DNA of 64,000 nucleotides from Lingula anatina (taxonomy: Eukaryota; Animalia; Brachiopoda): positions 19,034,001 to 19,098,000 of the forward strand of contig CM120646.1 of assembly GCA_051362555.1 (NCBI GenBank), given 5' to 3'. This document shows, one piece after another, positions 10,101 through 20,675 of the stretch. A model generated the notes under the pieces. That model had not been told where the DNA came from, did no database searches, and was given only the letters and a program-made list of their open reading frames with translations. How positions within the stretch are numbered: position 1 is the stretch's first letter; each line of letters opens with the position of its first letter. The position numbers were made by a program, and so were the translations under genes.

Positions 10101-13100
10101 TTACTTATCTTACTAATTAAATAATGAAACATGCATGTTAACATGCCTAAGAATTAAATCTGAGGAAATGTGAAAAAACAGCATTTCTTCAAAATAATGG
10201 CCCAATTAAGCTGATTTTTAAACTCAACCTGCGTTTTAGCAGGAATGACCACTCCTGTGAGTTTACTGACAATTGGCCTATCTGTTTTTCTTATTTTGTG
10301 TTTACAGTGTTGCATATATGCTGAAAAGTGAAAAAAAAAAGCATAACTAAAATAGTGGCCCGATCATGCCTATTTTCTAACTTGACCTGCGTTATAGTAA
10401 GATTGATTACTCCTATGAGTTTCATGACAACAGGCCTAACGGTTTTCCTTGAAATGTGTTTACAGTGTTGCATATATGCTGAAAAGTGAAAAAACAGCAT
10501 AAGTTCTACAATAATGGCCCGATCATGCTGATTTTCGGACTTGACCTGCGTTTTATGGATATTCATCAGCTCTGTAAATATACAGCCAAAAAGTAAAACT
10601 GCCTTCCACTTATCGCGTTTACAATGAAAGTGCACGGCGACAGTGACAGTGACAGTGACGGCAACGCCAGCCACGACAGACGCAGGTGATGGCAATATGT
10701 ACAGACACATCTGTACATATTTACTGTACTGTTTGAGAACAGTAAGTGACATGGTTTTTCTTAAATGGTCATCATGGGAGCAGTGCCCAAAATAAGTTTT
10801 TTTCAAATTTTGATGCAATATTACATAATGTTAAACAGCTTAATGACCATCAATTTTTAATAATAAAATATTAGTATCATGGATATTCAGAAAATGTGAC
10901 TAGCAAAGGTCTTCAGGCCCATGGAACTTCAAAGTCACAACTTGAAAATGCCAAAATGTAAACAAGACAGCACTGTTCTGAAATGTTTTTTTTCCATTTT
11001 TAACAATTTTTTTAACATAAACAAAATTAACAGGTTACTGCCATTTTTATACGATCAACTAAGAAAATTGATGAGATGGGAAAAATATCAATACAACAGT
11101 GTTAAATGTCCAATTTCCTCCATCCTGAGATTCTGAACATAGTGAATGATTGCATCTGACAAACTGCAATGATATGAGTTTATTTCCATTTTTGACACTT
11201 TATTACACAATACACGATAACAAGTTTACCATCATTTTTACATAATCAACTAACAATTTTGTTAAGATTCAGGAAATGTCAAACAAACACTTTTATGTAT
11301 CTTATTAGTAAAATAATAAGACTGTTAACATGCCTAAGAATTGAATCTGAGGAAATGTGAAAAAACAGCATAACTTCTAAAGTAATGGCCCGATCATGCC
11401 GATTTTCGAACTTGACCTGCGTTTTAGTAAGATTGATTACTCCTGTGAGTTTCATGACAACAGGCCTAACGGTGTTCCTTAAAATGTGTTTACAGGGTTG
11501 CATATATGCTGAAAAGTGAAAAAACAGCATAAGTTCTACAATAATGGCCCGATCATGCTGATTTTCGAACTTGACCTGCGTTTTATGAATATTCATCAGC
11601 TCTGTAAATATAAAGCCAAAAAGTAAAACTGTCCTCCACTTATCGTGTTTACAAGGAAAGTGCACGGCATCGGCGACGGCATCGGCATCGGCATCGGCAT
11701 CGGCATCGGCGACGGCATCGGCGACGACAGACGCAGGTGATGGCAATATGTACAGACACATCTGTGTCTGTACATAAAAAGCAGAAATCATAATAACAGT
11801 ATTTATGTTTAAGAAAATCACAGGGCTGATAAATTACACTATCAAAGTCTTTAACAGGCACATCCAAAACAGTCTAGCTTAAAATACTCACATTTTAAAA
11901 AATAAATTTCAGCACCCAAGAAGGGTTTCAGAAAACAAAAGAAATCGAAGAAATGTTTTAAATAAGAACAGAGTCTCTTTAAACCAATCTTTACCTTCTA
12001 TTTCAATTGTAGGTATGACTAAAAACATGTACAAAGGCAATATTATATTATTTTAAATCTACCCTTAAATACTTGAAAGTATCATATAATTTACAAAGCA
12101 TTTGTATACAAGTATTAAAGACAAAACAAGAGTCAAAACTTCAAAAATTATAAGCAACATTGGGGCTATATGTATGTAACTTCAAAACCTTACAAAAGAA
12201 AAAGATTGTGCTCTTCAATAAACAGCAGTGCAATATAAATTCAGATATGTCTGTATGTATGCTAAATAAAGGAACACATGCAGTCACTTAACACAGGTGG
12301 ATACAGGGGAAACCCACTACAGATACATTGGGACTTTGAGGTTACGGGGTGAAAGCAGAACGAACCCTCCCACAACCTGATTTTCCTGGATCCACCAGTG
12401 GGTAAATGATAAAATGTCATGATCTTCAAAGTGAGATAGATAAGAGCTATTACCTTCTTCTCTGCTCTTGGTCCTCTGATATATAAAGATGATGATGGCT
12501 ATGATGAGGATTAGTCCCAGTCCACCAAACACACCTCCCATCACAAAAGCAAGGGGGATAGCATCTGGAATGGTGAAATATATACGAATCTATGATATTC
12601 ATAGAGTGGTTATTAATATGGGCACAATATAACCCAAAAGTAATTTCCGTTTGAATTTGTGGACAATAAAAATAATTATCACAATATGAAACTCTTTTGG
12701 GATGTCTTCTTCCTTTTTTCAAGCAACCTAAACATATATCATACAAAGTCTAACAATAGTGTTTTCAGCAGTAAACAAAGTTTTCACACCAGTTAGCTAA
12801 TAATTTTGAAAGAAATGTGTAATAAAAGCAACACAGTGAAGCAGAGACATGTTACAATTCTAAAAAACAACTTTTTTCTTAGTTAATGCCCACTACGGGC
12901 AGCTAAGAACACTCACTAAACAATATTTGTCACAGAAATTTATACCCATACTGATTGCTTCTCTGATGTTAAATAGTTGAGGCAATATTTTCAAAATGTG
13001 TTTTAACAACTGATATTGTTATCTGTATGACAGTTATAATGTCAGAGTAATGTCTGCACAAAGATCTGCACAACTCATGAAGCAGCATTATTCAAACCAG

Positions 13101-16100
13101 TACAATGAGTGCCCAATTTAAGTAACAAAGTGAAAACAACTTTTTTTCTGTGTGACACCGCCTAGTGTTGATTTTAGTGTTAAACTTCATCAACATTAGC
13201 TAAGTATTTCTTTCTTTTCTTTAAAACAGTTTTGAAGTGTTACTGGAAGTGTCATTGTCTAGAATAGTGCACTTTAAAAAAAAACTGACACAATATACCA
13301 CACAATATACCTGTTAAGCAAGCAAAGTCATCTGAAAGGAAGGACACACACACAGTTAAAAAAAAGAAGAATAAAAAGCCAAACACACTATTTACCTCCT
13401 ATACACCAACATGTCTCTGTAACATGCAAACAAAATAAAAGATAGGCTTGGATGATTGAACAAAAAATAAAAAGAAAGAAGCTACACAACATGCTTGTTT
13501 AATATTTGCAGAAAACAATGTCTGTCTTGATTTTCAACCAAAAAGAAAGTAAAATGGGTGACAAAATAGCTAAGATATGGAACACAGAGAAATATTTATA
13601 CTACTGCAACAGACAGAGCTCTAGTCTGTAGAATGTCTTGTCATAGTCTGACCTGCCACCTACCTTTTTGTTTGAGCTTGATAACCAAGGCATCAGTGCC
13701 ATAGGTGTTTTTGACACTGCAGTTGTAGTCTCCATAGTCTCCAGAATGGACATTCACTATGGTTAGTATGCTTTTTCTGCCAGTTGGAAGGTCTTCCTCT
13801 TCTACTTTGTATCTGGGATAGTAATTAGATACGTTTACAGTTTTTATTTCAGAAAATGAACTCAGCTCAACACCACCTGCATGTCTTACTCGATTCTTGT
13901 AATAAAGTCACATTTAGCTGACAACATATCACTTACGGAGGCTGACTGCAATCACAATCACACTTACCTTGCACTGTCTCCAAACTGCAGCAAGTCCTGC
14001 TCCTGCCTGGCCCATCTTATCTGGTCAGGTTTGGGCACTGACTCAGTCAGGCACTCTAATGTGGCTATATCTCCCTCCTTGGCGTATTGCTCTTCATTAC
14101 TGATCACCTTAGGGGGTCCTAAAATATCACACGAGTAGTCGTGATAATAAGACTCATAACATGGGAAATATGAAAAGCAATTAACAAAAAAAATCAAATT
14201 GACATTTTCTGACATGGTGTGCAGCGCACAGACAATATTGGTAATTGATCAGTCACTTCTCTGGTGTCAATCGTTACTTGCCCCCCAAAGTCACTTACAA
14301 TATTTGTCACATCTGAATCAACAAGTAGGCCATTACCTTTACTCTCTTCACATAAGAGCATACATAATTTTGCGTAGTACCTATGCTAATATTCAAGGCA
14401 AATATATCAGCCCTACTTACCTTTCTTCAATAAATGCAATTCCCTATTAATCTCAGAGAATCCAATGACATTAGAGTAACATATATAAATGCCCAGGTCA
14501 CTTTCGGTCACTCTGGAAATGGTCAGTGTGTCCGAGCTGCTGAGGATACGCTGCGACCCCTTTTTCTTCCAGACTACTCGCGGAGTAGGGTTCCCCTTTG
14601 TCTTACAAGTCAGGGTGGCCGTCTCTCCAAGCTGTGCTGCAGCATGTTTGATAGGTACTGTGAACCTGGGGCCATCTGAAAATTAGATGAATGAAACCTT
14701 TATTCAGTTGCCCAGAAAGATCTGACATTATAACATTCAACAGTTGTATCAGTATTGGAGTTTTTATTTAGACTTCTCTGCAGCAAGTTCGACCCGCTGT
14801 GTTCATCCTGGAACCTCTGAACAAATAATTACAGAACCAAGCATCAACTTGACTTTTTTTAAGAAAAGAAAAAAACTGCCATTCTAGCTATAAGTTGGAG
14901 CACTAAGATTGGTATATATACTTACATTCTACAGCCATCTGATAATTTTTCTTGGTGCTTCCAACACTGTTGATGGCTTCACATGTTATAATATTGCCAT
15001 CATGGTCAGCTGTTAGCGAGTCCACTCTAAGATATTTACTGTCAGCATCACCTATCTCCTCATTGTTTCTGTACCATCTGCAAGAGGCCATTATACTTGA
15101 TAATGTACAACGATAAAGCCTGTTGTCATAGATAGAAAATACATCAATGGAATATATAAATCATAGAGAATTAATAAAATAAAATAAAATACACATTCAA
15201 TCAATCAATCTTCCATGTGCCATTGATAACTTACTTCCAGGTGATGTTGTTGGGGTTGCCCCTTCCTTCACATGAAAACTGTATAGATTCTCCTTCTTTT
15301 ACACCTAACTTGGGACTAGCAGTTATTGTGACTTCTGGGGCATCTGGAGAGGTGAACAAAACGATTACTTATTTATAGTATAAGAAAAATAAATGAGCAA
15401 TGATCTTGATTTAATTTAAAAATCAATAAGTAAGCTTTACAGTTTATTATAAAATTAATTTCAGCAGAGAAGAAATTAAAAGAATCTAAAAGAAACACAA
15501 ACTAACAAATTGAATGTAAAAATAACAATATAAAATATTATGCCACATACACACACACCCACACAGTATAGCTGAGTTAGAAAAAAAGCAGTGTTTACAG
15601 AATTTAATATGGTCGCTCCACCATATTTTCCATCTAAATCACACCATTTCCCACAGTAACATATTTTGTCTTTTCTATGTGACACTCTTATGAAATGCTG
15701 CATAGCTTACATAACACTTCCAGACTGGCCGAGGTGGTCAAGGGGTCAGTAAGGAAAGCATTCATAGCCTGGCAGGAGTACCTCTTCCCCTGGTCAGTCT
15801 TGGACGGGGTGATGGTCAGGTAGCTTATTGCATCTTGTCTCTTCCCATCTGCCTGGGTTATTGCTGAAACACAGAAAGTAAAATTGAAAACACATGAGAA
15901 CCATAGAACAACCAGCATAAACACCATTAAGAACATCTTAGCATTCTTTCTTGTGGTTTATATGAACCCTATTTTAATGATTCTGCCAGCTGTCAATTTG
16001 TATTGAGAATTGTGCTAGGTTGTGCTAGTGTAATCTAACAATTGTGTTAGTTGTGACTGTGGCACAATGGACTAGATTATTAATTGTACAACTTCTAAGC

Positions 16101-19100
16101 ACAATCACTTTCACTATTCACATCCATGCACAGGAATACAGGATACATTTCATGTGTTTATGTCATTTCTTATCATCCTATATCTCAGAGCCATAATTAC
16201 ATTGGAATAAATTCCTTCGGGGGAAAAAAGACAAATAATCATAACCCTAAATATCGCTATGACTGAATGCAACAAGGCGTGCGTGCAAACATATGCACCA
16301 AGAATACATACCTTCATAAGAGACATTATCAGTGACTTCTGCGCCTTCTACAAACCACTTCAGCGTGGGAGCTGGCTTGCCGTTGTTTGCTCTACATGTC
16401 AAATTGTAAGGCTGACCCTCCTCTACATTGACTACAGGGCTGCCGTAGATTATAGGGAAATTGGGAGGTACTGAAATTAATAAGAAATATTCCAAAATAT
16501 GATTTATGCAACAATCGGTTTTTATTGGGACCCACTATCAGTAACTACTCATGTTATCAGCAATAAAAACTTTTAAGAGTAAATAAAAAGTGTAAATTTT
16601 TTCACTAAATATTGTTTTGTACTAACTGCAATATTAACATAACTTATCTCAAATGAGGGTTGTATACACAACTAAACTAATATCTAAAATAATTCTAAAT
16701 CAAATATATTCTAACTTTTTTATTTTCACTTCTGTTAAATAATAATATTCTACTCTTCTTTAAAATGTGTTTTTGGAAAAGAAAAAATCTGAGAAACAAA
16801 CAGTCTCTGAAGGTAAATTAGAGAGAAGTAATACTCACAGAGAACTGTTAACAGTACACTTCTACTCCTAAATTCTAGCTTTTATTTTTATTTTCTCTTC
16901 TGTTAAATAATATTCTACTCTTCGTTAAAAAACAATTTTGGAACAGAAAAAAATCTTAGAAACAAATAGTCTCTGAAAGTAAATTAGGGAGAAGTAATAC
17001 TTACAGAGAACTGTTAACTGTGCACTTCTACTCCTGACCCCTGGCGTGGTATGTGTGGCCCCTATCTGACACTGGTATACGTCATCATCCTGGAGTTCTG
17101 CTTCCACTATCATTAGGTCATAGACACCTTGAAAAAAAGAAAACAAAAACATATTGTCATCATCATCAGTCTATTATATCTCTATAAATGTATATGACTT
17201 AGTATTAACTTCATCCCAGTGTCCCAAATTAAGATTATACAACTTCACTGTTTGCAATAATCATCTCTTACAGTAATGAGTCTGCCCTTAACATACCTCA
17301 ACTCTTGAACAATTTTTGACAATTATCACAGTAACAAATCTGTATAAGACTAGCCACAAAAGGTGTATTTCACAATTATGGCAATATCCAGTCAAGAGGG
17401 TTATTAATTTAAGTAAACATTTTCAATGGCATGCCATACTTTTATTAATGTATCCTTCAAAACAAAATAATTTTCATCAACAGTTGATTAAACAGTCACA
17501 AACAATACAATACAAATCGATACAACGAGGAACAGCGAATGATGATACAACAAATACTAGAACTATTTCAGTATTTAAACACTGGAAGAAATGTACAGTC
17601 CCAGCACAATGGGGACCCCAGACGTACTGAGATAGGTTACACACATAATCTGATATTTGAGAAATACATTATACACAGGGTCTGACATACGAGCAAAAAT
17701 AAACACTGATTGTACAAGAATTTCTCTCTCATGCTATTCTAAAGCTGGATAATGCTGATAGACTTGATGGGATATCTTGCAATGGTTCGAGAAAACTATA
17801 AGATTGAAACTGAAGAACAGAATTATATTGAGAATGAAAACAGAAGCCATCGAATAACTGTGTATGGAAAAAGTCTCTCTGTCCCCACAAGAAGTTGACA
17901 CAATGAGCAGTACGTAAAATAAATCATAAGGAACAAGCTGATTATTAAGAATATCATAAAAGTTGCATCTGTCAAAGAAATGGGCTAGTGCCCTGTAGAT
18001 TACTGGGCACATACTACATTTAGAAATAAAAGAACAGCACCAATAAGAGAATAGAATGATAAAACAAAGCCTCTATTAAATGTCTATAAAAGAAAAGAAA
18101 TTAAAGAAAATATGGGTACGATTTGGATTAGGTAGAAAAACAGTCTTGCATTTTAAAAAAAAAAAAAAAATTTCCAAATAAATTCAGATGTTAGGAACCA
18201 TTTTGGTTCACAGATATGGGAAAGTAACCATTTAATTTGGCTGTTTCACAAGGCAGTCAGTATAGTTGGTCAAATAATTCAGATTCAGTTGCTGCTTTCT
18301 GCCTTCTACAATCCATCTTTTGTGAACCGCCATCACCATATATTTTGATAAGAAAATTTCAAAAAAACATCTCATTTTCACTGGGTATCTAGACCCATGC
18401 ACGACAGAGTCAAAAGTCATCATGTATTCTTATCCCAAAAACTGGCAAGTCATATTTTTATGAGGTAAAGTAGCAACTGCGCCTGCCATGGAAATACTCA
18501 CTGTAGGTTCCGTAGGGTCCTGAAGTCAGTGAATGGAAAACGAGCAGTGACATGGACTGACATATGTTTTACAGCTAATAAGGCTGTGAAGACTGTACCT
18601 ACAGTGTATGAGCAGTGGAGAGAAAGTGTGCGTGTTTGACTGGTTACAACTGGTTACTATGGAATTTTGTCTGGAAGCTAGAAGTAATTGTGCTCTTTTG
18701 ACTGTTCAACAGTCAATGTAAGAGAACTTTTCAATCCAAGCAGCATGGAGTATGAATTAAGTGCTTGTCAGGAGTGTTGAATCTGCTGCTTACTTATCTA
18801 AATTTATCTCTTAGATCAATTTACCAAACCAATGAAATAATCTGTGTTTCAGAGACTCCAATGGCACTCTAAATAGACTTATTACTTAATTTTTATTTTT
18901 CAACATCATAAGTTTCAAGGGCAGATATGGAGTATTAAAATATAGTGCAGAGAGTGCTTAAATGTATCAAAAAAAAAAAAAAAACTGAGACATTAAAATC
19001 AACAAACAACATTCACATCAGCTGAGAAAAAAAAGCCAATAAGAAGAAAAAAACTTTGATCCAGTAACTTGTCAGTAACTATTTCAATGCCAGTAAACCA

Positions 19101-20609
19101 AACACATGGAAAAATCTCTCCCATTCTGCTTGTAGAAGGTTAACCTCTAGCGCCCTTAAATAAACTGTTGACTTTATCATCTGCTGCAGTATAACACCTC
19201 TAGTACAAAGAACAATGCCCATAAACTAAAATGCAATATATCTATGAAGCTTGGTGCAGCTGCAACAGCTACAACTGATTCTTGTCGAAAAAAAAGTGCA
19301 AATGCAGTATCACTTCGACAGCAACAAAGTTCAAAGCTCAGTGGGTTTTTTTTGTATGATAAATGCCTAAGTTATGTTGAAAATACTGTACATAGACAGG
19401 CGATGTTTTAAGAATAAATACACTTCATCCCTTCCTGTAGCAAAATGGTTCTCTTTTGCAGTACTAGGTTTGAGATAAGCCTTCAGACAGCTTTTTAAGT
19501 CAGGTGATCTGCCGTGATGGCTCAGTTCGTGGGACAGGAGCTGCGTAACATCTGAACATTGCCTGCGCACTGTCTGAGACTCACATATAAACAGAGTATT
19601 CAAAATACTTGAACTGTCAAGTATCCAGTGCAAGTAAATAAATTTTCAACAAGATTCTTTCAAAAAATATTTGTGGATCTGGAACACAAGGGGACAAAGT
19701 TGTTTTAAAAAATGTCACCCATTGTTATCTGTTCTATTTACATCTCAGCGTAGTTTTTGTAAGTGGACCAAGAAAAATGTTGTTGTTTTTCTTGCAATGG
19801 CAGAGATTATGTGACCTTTGATCACTTTTTTCGTTTGCCCATGAAGATATTTTATGGTAGTGCCCATACATAATTTTTCTGTATGCAAGAGAAAGCAACC
19901 CATTGCAGTTTTTGTGATCTTGTGATGAGCTGAAAGGGGCATCAACATTTGTGTCACATCTAACACATATAATCTGAACATTTGTCCATATAATCCAATA
20001 AAAAACATATAATTACAATTTGTAACCACTACCCACCAGTGTTACACTTACCATTGTTTTCATCTCCCAGCATAGAGTATCTCTCAAACCCTATAAGTGA
20101 GCGGTCAGTGCCCAGTCCAAACCCCCCTCTGGTCCACTGGACTTGCCCCTCTCTGTTCTCCACCTTACATTTCATGATGACTGTATCTCCCTGTTTCACC
20201 TGCTGGTCTTCAGGCTGTACCACAAACCCCTGCTGGCAGTAGACTGAAATAGAGAACATTACCAATATGATTGAAATTACTTATTATTACTTATTACTAA
20301 TTACTTATTATTATTGGCAAAACTTTGCTGGGAAATTAGTCTGAAACAGAGAAAACACACCAATAACAGTTTAAAAACCCATTGTTTTCTGTGACAAATC
20401 TTTCTTGATAACATACTTCAGTGGAGAAAAATGAACCAATAAGCTGAAAAATATTTATTTTGTGAACTTCACAAAATAAAACTTACTGCCTGTTCCATTT
20501 TCAGCTAAAAAGCAACATTTTTTTTAGAAAAAATATTACACAACTTCAAACTATTTTTGTTTATGCTACAGCAAAAACAAATGCAAAATTTAATGCTTTT
20601 ATATAGCTA

Positions 20610-20675
<66 letters not shown>

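Noticed and set aside
9400-11600. Periodic repeats considered as a CRISPR-like array
   Set aside because: Whole units are repeated with no unique spacers, there are no cas genes, and the context is eukaryotic.
10291-11867. 175-180 aa ORFs with ADADAD/VTVTV tracts (also 43553-43913)
   Set aside because: They lie within HINE tandem repeats and microsatellites; no Rep/helicase or transposase motifs.
13930-13967. Second gtaagt donor 31 nt downstream of the Ig5 N-half exon
   Set aside because: Using it reads straight into a TAA stop and shifts the frame.
14290-14320. 14-nt AG/gtaagt-flanked segment between Ig4 and Ig5
   Set aside because: Not a multiple of 3. It shows that chance pseudo-microexons occur, which tempers confidence in the other candidates.
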